Notes: a model not told the origin generated them from the letters alone. A stretch of DNA of 64,000 nt from an uncultured Actinomycetes bacterium (GCA_963709345.1 CAVPVX010000003.1:60961-124960), one strand, 5' to 3'; counted from the first letter of the stretch, positions 11,221 through 21,424 are shown. Numbers and translations: made by a program.

Positions 11221-12327
11221 ATGATGGGGCAACACGAGAAGACAGGCAGGCGAGGACGTCCGGCCGCCTTGGCGGTCATGGTGGCGTTCGCGCTCACCAC
11301 GGCGCTGGGCGCGATGGGGGTGGCTCTCCTGCCCGCCGCCGCGGTCGCCACCCCGGGCGACAGCATCACCGACCTGCAGGCCGAGGCGTCCCGGGTGCGA
11401 CGCGAGGTGGCGCGGCTCGACCGCCGCGCCGTCGTCGCGACGGAGAAGTACAACCTCGCGAGAGCCGAGCTCGACACGCTGAACATCAGGCTCCAGGAGG
11501 CTCGCCGCCACTTGGGACGCAGGCAGGCCGAGCTCGACGCCGCGCAGGCGCAGCGGGGCGAGCGCCTGTCAAGCATGTACAAGAGCGAGAACCCCAGCCT
11601 GCTCGACGTCCTCCTCGACCTCGGCGACTTCGGCGAGGTCGGCACGCAGTTCGGCTACTTCGAGTCCATCAACGAGGCCGACGAAGCCACGGTCACCAGG
11701 ATCGACGCGATAGAGAGGGCGGTGACCGCACTTGCGGCGCAGATCGAGCGGGACCGCGCGGACGCCCTTGATGCGGAGATGAAGTTGCGCGACCGGCAGG
11801 CCGGCGTCGAGGACGAGCTCGCCCGCCGCGAGTCGCTCCTCAGCGACCTCGACGCGCGCGTCAAGAAGCTGCTCGCCCAGCAGTCTCGCCTCGACGCCGC
11901 CGCTTCACGGCGCCTGGCGCGAGAGGCCGGCGTCGACCTGGCGACCATCAGCGGCACGCCGGTGCAGATCGCGGTCGTCAAGGAGACCATGAAGTACCTC
12001 GGCATCCCGTACGTATGGGGCGGCGCCTCGCCCTCCGGGGGGTTCGACTGCTCCGGCCTCGTGATGTACGTCTACGCCAAGTTCGGCGTGCGCTTCCTCC
12101 ACGGCGCCACGCTCCAAGCCAGGGCGGGCGATCCCATACCGCTCTCGCGGATGCAGCCGGCCGACCTCGTGTTCTTCGGCGACGTCACGTTCTACCAGCA
12201 CGTCGGCATCTACATCGGCAACGGCCTGTTCATTGAGGCGCCCCGCACGGGCGAGTTGGTCAAGGTCAGCCGGCTCGCCGACCGAGGGTGCGCGCTCGCC
12301 TGCCGCTACCCGATCAGGCTGCCCTGA
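11221..12327 (+). CDS. Secreted NlpC/P60 peptidoglycan endopeptidase with N-terminal coiled coil (RipA/CwlO-like)
   Basis: Signal peptide, coiled coil, PYVWGG..GFDCSGL, HVGIYIG. Confidence 0.9.
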   Translation: MMGQHEKTGRRGRPAALAVMVAFALTTALGAMGVALLPAAAVATPGDSITDLQAEASRVRREVARLDRRAVVATEKYNLARAELDTLNIRLQEARRHLGRRQAELDAAQAQRGERLSSMYKSENPSLLDVLLDLGDFGEVGTQFGYFESINEADEATVTRIDAIERAVTALAAQIERDRADALDAEMKLRDRQAGVEDELARRESLLSDLDARVKKLLAQQSRLDAAASRRLAREAGVDLATISGTPVQIAVVKETMKYLGIPYVWGGASPSGGFDCSGLVMYVYAKFGVRFLHGATLQARAGDPIPLSRMQPADLVFFGDVTFYQHVGIYIGNGLFIEAPRTGELVKVSRLADRGCALACRYPIRLP

Positions 12328-12392
12328 GCGGCTCCCGGCCGCGTCCGGCGCCCCCACTGTCGCGGCTCCCCTCGGCGAGATAGACTGGACGC

Positions 12393-12716
12393 ATGGACTG
12401 GATCGTGCTCCTCATCATCGGTTTGGCCAGCCTCGCGCTCATCATCGCCGGGTTCGCGTACGTCGGCCTCAAGGCGTGGCGCCTGCTGAAACGCGGCATG
12501 AGCATCTCGCGGGGCGTCGCGCCGCTGGCCGACGGCCTCAGCCGCCAGGCCGCGGTCCTCTCGGCCAACGCCGACCGGCTGTCCGCGAACGCCGAGCAGC
12601 TCACCGCGAACCTCGGGCGGCTCCAGGCATCGGTCGCCCGGCTGCAGGTGGTCGCCGACGCCCTCTCGGACGCTGCATCACCGTACCGGCGCGTCCGCAA
12701 GTACCTGGGCAGGTAG
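12393..12716 (+). CDS. Small membrane-anchored coiled-coil hypothetical protein
   Basis: N-terminal TM helix, heptad pattern, TAGACT -10 six nt before ATG. Confidence 0.7.
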   Translation: MDWIVLLIIGLASLALIIAGFAYVGLKAWRLLKRGMSISRGVAPLADGLSRQAAVLSANADRLSANAEQLTANLGRLQASVARLQVVADALSDAASPYRRVRKYLGR

Positions 12717-12758
12717 AGCAAGAGCGGAGGCGCTGCGCCCCCGCCCCCTCACGCACGG

Positions 12759-12793
12759 CGGGCCCGGAGCGCTCGCGAAGCGCTCCGGGCCCG
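12759..12793. terminator. Bidirectional hairpin between convergent genes
   Basis: 15-bp perfect stem cgggcccggagcgct/agcgctccgggcccg. Confidence 0.7.
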
Positions 12794-12820
12794 TTCGCGT
12801 GAGCCGCCCGATCGTCGCCC

Positions 12821-14560
12821 CTAGTCGGGCAGCTTCCCCCACCCGCGGATGCGGTAGTAGTCGGCGAGCATGTAGTCCATCTCGCTCTGAGGGAACGTGA
12901 GCGCCCCCTCGTCCTCCATCGGCTTTTCGCTGACCCAGTCGGGCAGCCGCTCGGACTCGCGCCCGATGCCCCGCGCCGCGTTGAAGTCGTGCGACATCGT
13001 GATGATGCGGTTGGCCACACGGTGCAGGTCTTCCTCGGTGTAGTCGGTGCCGATGGCGGCGTTGACCACCGAGGTGATGTACGGCCAAGGCACGAGATCC
13101 CGGTAGAAGCGGCAGTAGAGCAGCGTGTCCATGATCGTGAGGCGGTCCTCCCAGTCGCAGTAGACCGCCGCCTTGCCCTCGATGGCCTGGGGGTCGAGGA
13201 CCCCGGAGAGCTCGGCCTTGTAGATCGTCGCCCTCAGGTGGCAGGCGCCGCGCGTCGTCGTCGCGAAGCCCAGGCCCATGCCCTTCATCGCCCGCGGGTC
13301 GTAGCCGGCGGGCTCCATGCCCTTGACATGCACGGCGATCCCCTCAAGCCCGTACTCCTTCTCGACCCGGAGGACGCCCTCGGCCCAGATGTCGCCGATG
13401 CCCTCGCGCAGGCACATCTTGGTGAGAAACTCGCCGACGCAGTCCGGGTCGCCGAACTCCATCTTCTCGTCGATCAGGCCGCGTTGCGACGCCTCGATGG
13501 CGAGCGCGCAGAGGTTACCGGCCGTCATGCTGTCGACGCCGAGTCGGTCGCAGAGGTCGTTGAGCCACATGACCTCGGAGAGGTCGTCGATCTCGCACAG
13601 CCCGCCGAAGACATACGCGGTCTCGTATTCGGGCCCCTCGATCTCGAGACCCTTGTGCCTCCCCTCGAACACGTGGTTGTGCTTGACGCACTTCATGACG
13701 CAGGGGGGGCACGACTCGTTGGTGGTGCCGTGCTCGGCGAGCATGGTCTCGACGGTGAGCCGCTCGAACGTCTCGAGCGAGCCCTTGCGCCAGTAGCGCG
13801 TGGGGAAGGCGTTGGCGCCGTTCATGATGCGCACCATGTTCATGGTGCCGCCACGTTGGTAGGCGGCCACGCCGGGGTTGTCCTTGGTGCTCGCCGCCAT
13901 CTCCTTGACGACGGCCTTGTAGTCGGCGGGGCGAGCGACCTCGACGGGCTTGTCGCCGTGCCACACGACGCCCTTGAGATTCTTGCTGCCGAACACGGCT
14001 CCGGGGCCGCCGCGGCCGAGCTGGTGCCACTTGTTGTTGTTGACGCAGGCGAAGCGTACGAGATTCTCGCCGGCCTGGCCGATCACGCAGGCCGCGGCCT
14101 TCTTGTGGTCGGTCCGCGCGACGATCTCGTCCTCCGCCCGGTAGGCGTCGGCGCCCCACAGGTCGGCGGCGTCGTGGAACAGCAGCGCCGCTCTCGCTGA
14201 CCTCGACGTAGACGGGTCCCGTCGGCCTTGCCCTCCACGATGACGACCTTGTAGCCCGTCTTGCGCGAACTGCGGCGTGAGGTTACCGCCCGAGTAGCAC
14301 TCACAATAGGCGTTGGTGAGCGGCGAGAGGAAGTAGAGGCCGTAGCGGTTGCTGCCCATCATGCTCGTGCCGGCCATGGGGCCGATCGCAAAGACCAGCT
14401 TGTTCTGCGGGCTCAGCGGGTCGACTTCGGGACCGACCTCCTCGCACAGGTAGTGCGTACCGATGCCCTTGGCGCCGATGAACTCCTCGATGAGCCGTCG
14501 CGGCACCGTCTCTTCTGCGAACGTGCGGGTAGTGAGGTCGATACGAAGAAGGTCGCCCAT
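12821..14560 (-). CDS. Aldehyde:ferredoxin oxidoreductase family (W/Mo-pterin) protein
   Basis: SPLT, GRGGPGAVFGSKNLK, CPPC..KC, EGPEYET, CDRLGVD, RGACHL; three compensating +1 insertions at ~14185-14265. Confidence 0.9.
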   Translation of the reverse strand: MGDLLRIDLTTRTFAEETVPRRLIEEFIGAKGIGTHYLCEEVGPEVDPLSPQNKLVFAIGPMAGTSMMGSNRYGLYFLSPLTNAYCECYSGGNLTPQFAQDGLQGRHRGGQGRRDPSTSRSARAALLFHDAADLWGADAYRAEDEIVARTDHKKAAACVIGQAGENLVRFACVNNNKWHQLGRGGPGAVFGSKNLKGVVWHGDKPVEVARPADYKAVVKEMAASTKDNPGVAAYQRGGTMNMVRIMNGANAFPTRYWRKGSLETFERLTVETMLAEHGTTNESCPPCVMKCVKHNHVFEGRHKGLEIEGPEYETAYVFGGLCEIDDLSEVMWLNDLCDRLGVDSMTAGNLCALAIEASQRGLIDEKMEFGDPDCVGEFLTKMCLREGIGDIWAEGVLRVEKEYGLEGIAVHVKGMEPAGYDPRAMKGMGLGFATTTRGACHLRATIYKAELSGVLDPQAIEGKAAVYCDWEDRLTIMDTLLYCRFYRDLVPWPYITSVVNAAIGTDYTEEDLHRVANRIITMSHDFNAARGIGRESERLPDWVSEKPMEDEGALTFPQSEMDYMLADYYRIRGWGKLPD

Positions 14561-14754
14561 TCATACTCCTTTGCCGTGCGCATCCGCGGCGCTCCCTCCG
14601 CCCGGCGGGCCGCCACGGACGGCCGACCCAGCCGGCACCGCGCGTCGCGTCCCGGAACAGAAGGAGCCGCGCCCGGACTGACGTCCGCGCGCGGCTCCAT
14701 TCAATCAGCTACGTCTCGCCGCGGCCAGTGGCCGGGGCGGAGTCGAAACGGCTG

Positions 14755-15876
14755 TTACACCAGCACTTTGTCCAACGGCGTGTACTTCATCTTGTGGGCC
14801 TCGGCCACGGCCGGCGTGGTGAGCTTGCCGCGGTAGACGTTCACGCCGAGAGCGAGAGCCGGATCGTCCTTGACGGCCTGCTCGAAGCCCTTGGTGGCGA
14901 TCGCCAGACCGTACGGCAGCGTGCGGCCGGTCAGAGCCAGCGTCGAGGTGCGGGCCACGGCGCCGGGCATGTTGGCGACGCAGTAGTGGATGACGCCGTC
15001 GACCACATAGGTGGGGTCGGTGTGCGTCGTGGGCTTGGAGGTCTCGAAGCAGCCGCCCTGGTCGATGGCGACGTCGACGAGAACCGAACCGGGGTACATG
15101 CTCTTCAGCATGGAGCGCTTGACGAGGTGCGGAGCCTGGGCGCCGCCCGGGAGCAGCACGGCGCCGATCACGAGGTCGGCGTCGGCGATCTGCTCCTCGA
15201 TCGCGGCCTCGGTCGAGAGCACGGTCTCGGCGCTGCCGCCAAAGATGTCGTCGAGGTAGGCGAGACGGTCGGCGCTGTTGTCGAGGATGACGGTACGGGC
15301 GCGCATGCCGACCGCCATCTTGGCAGCGTTGATGCCGACCGTGCCGCCGCCGATGACGACGACCTTGGCGGGAGACACACCGGTGACGCCGCCGAGAAGC
15401 ACTCCGCGGCCGCCGTTGTCCTTCTGGAGATGGGTGGCGCCGGCCTGGATGGCCAGACGGCCGGCGACCTCACTCATGGGGAAGAGGAGCGGGTGAGCGC
15501 CGTTCGGCAGCTCCACGGTCTCGTAGGCGATACCGCGGATGTCGGCTTTGAGCATCCCCTTGGTGAGATCCTTGGCGTACGCCGCGCCGAGGTGCAGGTA
15601 CGTGTAGAGGATCTGGCCCTTCTTGAACAGCGGCCACTCCTGCGGGAGCGGCTCCTTGACCTTGACGATCATGTCGGACTTGGCGAAGACGTCCTCGACC
15701 TTGGCCAGCGACGCGCCGGCCGCCTTGTACGCGGCGTCATCGAAGCCGCTGCCTACACCGGCGCCCTTCTCCACGATCACGGTGTGACCGGCGCGCACGA
15801 ACTCCTTCACGCCGTTCGGCGTGACGGCTACGCGGTACTCCTCGTTCTTGATCTCCTTGGGGACACCGACGACCAT
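14755..15876 (-). CDS. ald: Alanine dehydrogenase
   Basis: GVPKEIK.EYRVA, VKVKEP, PMSEVAGR, DVAIDQGGCFETS, HYCVANMPGAV; AGGAG RBS. Confidence 0.97.
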   Translation of the reverse strand: MVVGVPKEIKNEEYRVAVTPNGVKEFVRAGHTVIVEKGAGVGSGFDDAAYKAAGASLAKVEDVFAKSDMIVKVKEPLPQEWPLFKKGQILYTYLHLGAAYAKDLTKGMLKADIRGIAYETVELPNGAHPLLFPMSEVAGRLAIQAGATHLQKDNGGRGVLLGGVTGVSPAKVVVIGGGTVGINAAKMAVGMRARTVILDNSADRLAYLDDIFGGSAETVLSTEAAIEEQIADADLVIGAVLLPGGAQAPHLVKRSMLKSMYPGSVLVDVAIDQGGCFETSKPTTHTDPTYVVDGVIHYCVANMPGAVARTSTLALTGRTLPYGLAIATKGFEQAVKDDPALALGVNVYRGKLTTPAVAEAHKMKYTPLDKVLV

Positions 15877-16209
15877 GACTCCTCCTCGCTCCTCATCCTG
15901 CACTTGGACTCAAGGCTTGGTGTGCGCACAGTCGCGCACGATTGGTCAGTCTAGCACAAGAGAGCGCCCAGAAAAGACCAAAACAACAAAGAACCGCGCA
16001 CTACTGAACGACATCGTGGGGGATACGCCGAGACTCGCCTTCCGAGATGTAGCTGGCGGAGATCTGGCACCGGACGGTTTGTCCAGCACGAGGCGGCGCC
16101 CTCGGCCGTCACGGGCGCACACCGGCCGGCCCGGGCGTGTGCCCTCCCTTCCTGGCTCGGGCGACACGCCTCGTATATCGTAGCCAGAAGCCAAGGAAGG
16201 AGTCACGGC

Positions 16210-17220
16210 GTGACCGGCACGGCCAATATCGAGGGGAGCATCACCGCCATCGCCGCCGAGCTGGGGGGCGTCGTCGGTGTCGCAGCGCGAAATCTCGCCA
16301 GCAAAGCCGGTGTCCACATCCACGCCGACGAGCTCTTTCCCATGGCCAGCTGCTTCAAGGTCCCGGTCATGGTCGAGGTCATGCGCCGGGTCGACGCCGG
16401 GGAGGTGCGGCTCGACGACCGCCTCACGCTCACCGAAGGCGACAAGAGCCCCGGGGGCACGCTGATCCACTGCCACGAGGGGCTTTGCCCCAGTGTGCGC
16501 GACCTGCTCTACCTCATGATCACCCTCAGCGACAACACCGCCACCGACATGCTGTGGCGGCTGGTCGGGCTCAAGACGGTCAACGCGACCATGCGCAGCC
16601 TCGGGCTCGAGACGATCGACTGCTCCATGCCGAATCGCGAGTACTTCCTCATCGAGTCTGGGGCCGGCGACGAGTGGCGGGGGCTGAGCGGCGCCGAGAT
16701 CCTCGGCCGCTGGGGGGAGATCGAGGCGCGCGGAGAGCGCGAGGCGGCGCTCCGCCGCCTACTCGACGAGAACGCGCGCCTCGACGGCGCCGGCTTCCTG
16801 CATCTGTACGAGCGCCGATGGGGCCGGGACGAATCGCTCGGCTACGAGGACTCCTTCGTCGTGGACCAGGCGCTCGACAACAAGTGCTCGCCGCGCGACA
16901 TGGCCGGCCTTCTTGCGATGATCGCGGAGGATCGCTGCGCCACAGGCCCGTCGTGCCGGCTCATGCTGCAGATCATGAGCCACCAGGAGTGGCGTGAGAA
17001 GCTGCCCGCCGGCCTGCCGGACGAGCTGTTCGTGGCCAACAAGACGGGCGGCGTCAGCGGCACCAGCAACGACGCCGCCATCGTCTACACGCCCTCGGGC
17101 GCGCCGATCGTCATGGTCGTCTACTGGAAGGGCCTGGAATACGAGGCCAAGCTGCGCGCCGACAGGGCCATCGCCGCCATCGCCACCGTCGTGTACGACC
17201 ACCTCGGAGAGCCGTCGTGA
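16210..17220 (+). CDS. Class A beta-lactamase-fold serine hydrolase, cytoplasmic
   Basis: SCFK (SxxK), SDN, KTG motifs; no signal peptide; AAGGAAGGAG RBS. Confidence 0.85.
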   Translation: MTGTANIEGSITAIAAELGGVVGVAARNLASKAGVHIHADELFPMASCFKVPVMVEVMRRVDAGEVRLDDRLTLTEGDKSPGGTLIHCHEGLCPSVRDLLYLMITLSDNTATDMLWRLVGLKTVNATMRSLGLETIDCSMPNREYFLIESGAGDEWRGLSGAEILGRWGEIEARGEREAALRRLLDENARLDGAGFLHLYERRWGRDESLGYEDSFVVDQALDNKCSPRDMAGLLAMIAEDRCATGPSCRLMLQIMSHQEWREKLPAGLPDELFVANKTGGVSGTSNDAAIVYTPSGAPIVMVVYWKGLEYEAKLRADRAIAAIATVVYDHLGEPS

Positions 17221-17975
17221 ACGTCGGCGGCGCGCGCATCCTCGTCATCGGCGGCGTCCGCCGGCTCGGCGGGACGGTGGCCCGGGACCTCGCCGATCTG
17301 GGCGCCGCCGTCTGCGTGACGACGCGGACACCGGACGCCGAGGCCGACGCGCAGGTCGAAGCGCTGCGCGCCGCCGGCGCCGCCGCAGCCGCCGTCGTTT
17401 TCGGAGACGCGAGCTCGGCGCCCGGCGCCTCCCGCCTGGTCCACGACGGATCCGGCGCCCTCGGTGGACTGGACGCGCTCGTGTTCGCCGCCAGCGGTCC
17501 ATTTGCGCCCGCAGCTCCACACACCGTCTCCGAGACCACGTGGGACGCTTCGTTCGACACCGTCGCCAAGGGCTTCTTCTTCGCCGCGGCGGCGGCGCGC
17601 GGGCACCTGCTCGCCGTCAGGTCGCCAGGGGAACGGCCCGGAGGCGTGATCGTCGCCGTCACCGATCTGCTGGGGCTTCGGCCCTGGCCCGCGTTCGCCG
17701 CTCACAGCGCCGCGAAGGCGGCCCAGATCAACCTGGTCGGAGGGCTGGCGGGCGCGTGGGCGGACGACGGCATCCGCGTCTGCGGCGTGGCGCCGGGGCC
17801 CGTCGATCTCGAGGACGACGAACACCGTGACGCGACGCTTCGCGCGGCGCGTGGCGAGGTCGGGCGGCTCGTGCAGCCGCAGGACGTCGCCGCCGCGGTG
17901 CGCTTCTGCCTGGAAGATGAGGGCGTCACCGGTGTCAACATCCCTGTGGACAACGGGTCGCTGCTCGGCCGCTGA
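17217..17975 (+). CDS. SDR oxidoreductase, pteridine reductase/FolM-like
   Basis: IGGVRRLG Rossmann motif, HSAAK at YxxxK position, VAPG, VTG.NIPVDNG; GTGA overlap with upstream gene. Confidence 0.8.
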   Translation: MNVGGARILVIGGVRRLGGTVARDLADLGAAVCVTTRTPDAEADAQVEALRAAGAAAAAVVFGDASSAPGASRLVHDGSGALGGLDALVFAASGPFAPAAPHTVSETTWDASFDTVAKGFFFAAAAARGHLLAVRSPGERPGGVIVAVTDLLGLRPWPAFAAHSAAKAAQINLVGGLAGAWADDGIRVCGVAPGPVDLEDDEHRDATLRAARGEVGRLVQPQDVAAAVRFCLEDEGVTGVNIPVDNGSLLGR

Positions 17976-17983
17976 GATCAAGC

Positions 17984-18007
17984 GGGGCGGGCCCGCGAGC
18001 CCGCCCC
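17984..18007. terminator. Bidirectional hairpin
   Basis: ggggcgggc-N6-gcccgcccc between convergent genes. Confidence 0.6.
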
Positions 18008-18017
18008 AGGACCGACG

Positions 18018-19673
18018 TCAGCTCGAGGCGAGCTTGCCCTTCGTGGCCCGGTCGATGAGCTCCTTCGCCCTGAGCGCGAGCCAGAACTCCATGCGATCCT
18101 GCGAGCGGTTGAGGTCGCGGCCGGTGATCTCCTCCACACGCTTCATGCGGTACCGCAGCGTGTGACGGTGCACGTAGAGCTTCTCGGCCGCGTCGCCCCA
18201 GTGGCCGTTCGCCTCGAGGAAGCAAGCAAGGCTGCGCACGAGGTCGCTGGAGTTCTGCTCGTCGTACTCCTGAAGCCTGCCGAGGACGCTGTCGTAGAAC
18301 ACCTCGAGCGACAGCGTGTCCTGCAGGCCCAGCAGCAGCCCGTACGACCCCAGGTCATCGAAGCTGGCGATGACACCGGGCTCGCCCTTGAGCTTGCGGA
18401 TCTTGATCGCGTAACTGGCCTCGTAGTAGCTCTGACGGAGGTCGGTGAGCTGACGGTGAGGCCGGCCGATGCCGATCGAGACGGAGATCTCCGGGAGCAT
18501 CTCGCCGATCACGCCCTGCAGCTCGCCGGCGAGAGCGATCAGCGCCGGAGCGTCAAGCGCGCCGGGCTGGACGAGTACCACGACGGAGTCGCTGCGCGAC
18601 GCACTGATGAACAGGGTCTCGCGCTTCGCCATGAACTCGTCGACCGCCCAGTGCAGGCGCTCTTTGACGTCCTGGACGACGACCTCGGTGCGGTCCGGAA
18701 CGGCGTCGGGCTCCTCGTCCAGCCCGTCGATGCCCACGAGGATGATGAGGTGCGGCGACTGCGGCTCGAGCCCGAAGAAGGCTAGCCGCCTCGCTATCTC
18801 CTCCTCGTACAGGTCGCTGGCGATGAGCTCGTCGAAGAAATCGCCGGCGAGGCGCTTCTCGGTCTCGGCGACCGCCTTCTTCTTCACCAGTTCCAGCGCG
18901 GTCACGGTGACGACGTTGTGCAGGATGATGCGGTCGTACTCGCTGAAGTCGCCGCTGTCCTTGACCGCCGCGAGGAAGGCGCCGATGCGGTGCGACGCGA
19001 CCACCGGATAGACCTGCACGCCCGATCCGACGCCCTCCATGCTGAGAGCGAAGTTCTGGCGGTCGGCGCGCCGGTCGCTGATCTGGCGCCACAGGTCGGC
19101 GATGTGCTCGCCGCCCACGTGACGCCGGTAGGCGGCCTCGCAGAGGACGACGCCGTGGAAGTCGAAGAGCACGGCCGAGCAGCCGACCAGGGCCGAGAGC
19201 GTGGAGAGGATGGCCTCGAGCCCCTTCTCCTCGAGGACGATCTTGGTGAGCTTCTCGTGCACCGCGAGGCTCCGCTGCAGGAGCGAGTACTGCTCGTTCA
19301 CGATCTTCGAGGCGACCGCCTCGGTGATGGCGATGAACGGTATGTGGTACGGCACCTCGAACAGCGGGAAGTCGTACTCCTCGGCCACTCTGACCAGCGC
19401 CGGCGGGACCTTGTCGAAGCTGAAGCCGGTGCCGAAACCAAGACCGGAGATGTTGTGGTCGATCAGTTGCTTGAGCTGCTCGACCTGCTGCTCCTCCTCC
19501 CCGACGAAACCGTACCCGGTGGTCAGCAGGAGCTCACCGCCCTTGAGCCACTTGGTCGCGTCCGGGATCTCGGTGATGTGCACCCAGCGCACGGGGTTGC
19601 TGGTCGACGAGTGCCCGGCCAGCAGGCGCAGGTTGAGCTCGGAGATCTCGAGGATGTCCTGGACGGTGATCAT
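18018..19673 (-). CDS. PucR/CdaR family transcriptional regulator
   Basis: VRWVHITE, WLKGGELLLTTG N-domain; C-terminal HTH AAEKLYVHRHTLRYR. Confidence 0.93.
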   Translation of the reverse strand: MITVQDILEISELNLRLLAGHSSTSNPVRWVHITEIPDATKWLKGGELLLTTGYGFVGEEEQQVEQLKQLIDHNISGLGFGTGFSFDKVPPALVRVAEEYDFPLFEVPYHIPFIAITEAVASKIVNEQYSLLQRSLAVHEKLTKIVLEEKGLEAILSTLSALVGCSAVLFDFHGVVLCEAAYRRHVGGEHIADLWRQISDRRADRQNFALSMEGVGSGVQVYPVVASHRIGAFLAAVKDSGDFSEYDRIILHNVVTVTALELVKKKAVAETEKRLAGDFFDELIASDLYEEEIARRLAFFGLEPQSPHLIILVGIDGLDEEPDAVPDRTEVVVQDVKERLHWAVDEFMAKRETLFISASRSDSVVVLVQPGALDAPALIALAGELQGVIGEMLPEISVSIGIGRPHRQLTDLRQSYYEASYAIKIRKLKGEPGVIASFDDLGSYGLLLGLQDTLSLEVFYDSVLGRLQEYDEQNSSDLVRSLACFLEANGHWGDAAEKLYVHRHTLRYRMKRVEEITGRDLNRSQDRMEFWLALRAKELIDRATKGKLASS

Positions 19674-19777
19674 GCCGGAGATTCTACACGATGTCCTAGT
19701 ACAGCGCGAGGGTCACGGCCGGGAAACGCCGCCGGCCTTTGTACGTTCTGGCAGAGAGCAGAGGCGGCCGCGCGCCG

Positions 19778-21424
19778 TCAACGCCGCTGGAGGACGCGGC
19801 CCGGCAGGCTGCCGGTGTGCTCCCCGTCGGCGATCACGGGGTCCCCGTTGACGAACACCCAGTCGATGCCCTCAGGTGACCGGTGCGGGACATTCTCGAA
19901 GGGGAAACGATGTGGAGACGGATTGGTCGCGCGATCGCGCACGCGGTCGAGGTCGAACACGGCGATGTCGGCCTTGAGCCCCGGGCGCAGCACGCCGCGA
20001 TCGTACAGCCTGAAGCGCTGCGCGGGGAAGGACGTCATCTTGCGGATCGCTTCTTCCAGACGCAGGACGGGCTCGTCGCGCACGTAGCGCTCGAGGATCC
20101 CCGGGTACTCGCCGTAACTGCACGGCCAGTAGAGCCCGGGGTCGTCGAGTTCCTCGGGCGGCGCCATGACCAGGCCGTCGGAGCACACCATCGCCACAGG
20201 GCTCTGCAGCAGCGCCCGGATGTTGCTCTCTTCGATGTACTCGAAGATGCCGACGATCTGATCGTCTTCTTCGACGATGAGGTCGAGATAGGTATCGAAA
20301 GCGTCGGCTCCCCGCTCGGCGGCGATGTCGGCGACCGAGCGCCCTCGATACTCCGGATGGCGGCCGGCGTGGAGGATGACGATACGGTCGAAGCGGCCGT
20401 GGCGGACCACACCCGTGTAGCCGGCGCCGGGCAACTGGTCCTCGAGGACGGCGCGGCGCAGGTTCGGCCGCTCGCGCCGCTCGGCGAGCAGGGCGAGCAG
20501 GGCGTCGTGACCGAGGTCGAGGATGGGTTGCGGGAGCGCCCTCGAGAGTCTTGGCGCGAGCTCCGTGTGGACGTCGTTGTCGGTCGTGACGTCCATGCCC
20601 TCGCGCCGCGCGGCCTCGATGAGCGCCAGATTGGCGGATGCGTCCTCGGGGGCGCCCCACTTGGGCGCGTTGTGCGAGACCTCGACGGCGATCCCGGCGC
20701 GGCGGCCGATGTCGATCGCCTCGGCGACCGATGCGAGGATCGTCTCGCGTTCGCCGCGCACGTGCGACGCGTAGATGCCGTCGTAGCGGGAGACGACCCG
20801 GCACAGACGGACGATCTCCTCGGTGCCCGCGAAGCACCCCGGCGGGTACACGAGGCCGGTCGACAGACCGTGGGCGCCGGCGCGCATCGCCGCGTCGACG
20901 TGCCGCTCCATGCGCTCCAACTCACGCTCCGTGGCAGGGCGCTCGGCGAGGCCCATGACCGCGAGCCGCACCGCGCCGTGGCCGAGGAGCGGCGCGATGT
21001 TGATCGCGCCCCCCGCCCGCCCGAGCGCCGCGAGATACTGGCGGAAGCTCTTCCAGTCCCAGTCGACGCCGGAGATGTCCCAGTAGTGCCCCCAGTTGTG
21101 CAGCGCCGCCTCGCGGTGGGCGGCGCTCAGCGGAGCCGCGGACATGCCGCAGTTGCCTGTGACGTGCGTGGTGACGCCCTGCCTCACCGCCGTCTCGGCG
21201 CGCGGATGCTGCAGGATCGAGATGTCCGAGTGCGTGTGCGGGTCGACGAACCCGGGCGTCACGTAGCGGCCGTCGGCGTCGATCACCTGCCGGCCACGCA
21301 GCGACCCCGCCGCGCCGATCGCCGCGACACGGTCCCCGCGCACCCCCACGTCGGCGAAGTACCAGGGATTGCCGCAGCCGTCGACGACGCGCCCTCCCGC
21401 AATGACCACATCGTGCATGCTCAC
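19778..21424 (-). CDS. N-acyl-D-amino-acid deacylase family amidohydrolase
   Basis: VVDGCG, PGFVDPHTHSD, QGVTT.VTGNCG, GLSTGLVYPPG, SHVRGE, AIRKMTSFPA. Confidence 0.9.
   Translation of the reverse strand: MSMHDVVIAGGRVVDGCGNPWYFADVGVRGDRVAAIGAAGSLRGRQVIDADGRYVTPGFVDPHTHSDISILQHPRAETAVRQGVTTHVTGNCGMSAAPLSAAHREAALHNWGHYWDISGVDWDWKSFRQYLAALGRAGGAINIAPLLGHGAVRLAVMGLAERPATERELERMERHVDAAMRAGAHGLSTGLVYPPGCFAGTEEIVRLCRVVSRYDGIYASHVRGERETILASVAEAIDIGRRAGIAVEVSHNAPKWGAPEDASANLALIEAARREGMDVTTDNDVHTELAPRLSRALPQPILDLGHDALLALLAERRERPNLRRAVLEDQLPGAGYTGVVRHGRFDRIVILHAGRHPEYRGRSVADIAAERGADAFDTYLDLIVEEDDQIVGIFEYIEESNIRALLQSPVAMVCSDGLVMAPPEELDDPGLYWPCSYGEYPGILERYVRDEPVLRLEEAIRKMTSFPAQRFRLYDRGVLRPGLKADIAVFDLDRVRDRATNPSPHRFPFENVPHRSPEGIDWVFVNGDPVIADGEHTGSLPGRVLQRR

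Noticed and set aside
14185-14265. Programmed frameshifting or recoding in AOR (also DmpA and the methyltransferase)
   Set aside because: No slippery heptamers; multiple scattered +1 insertions fit sequencing error better.
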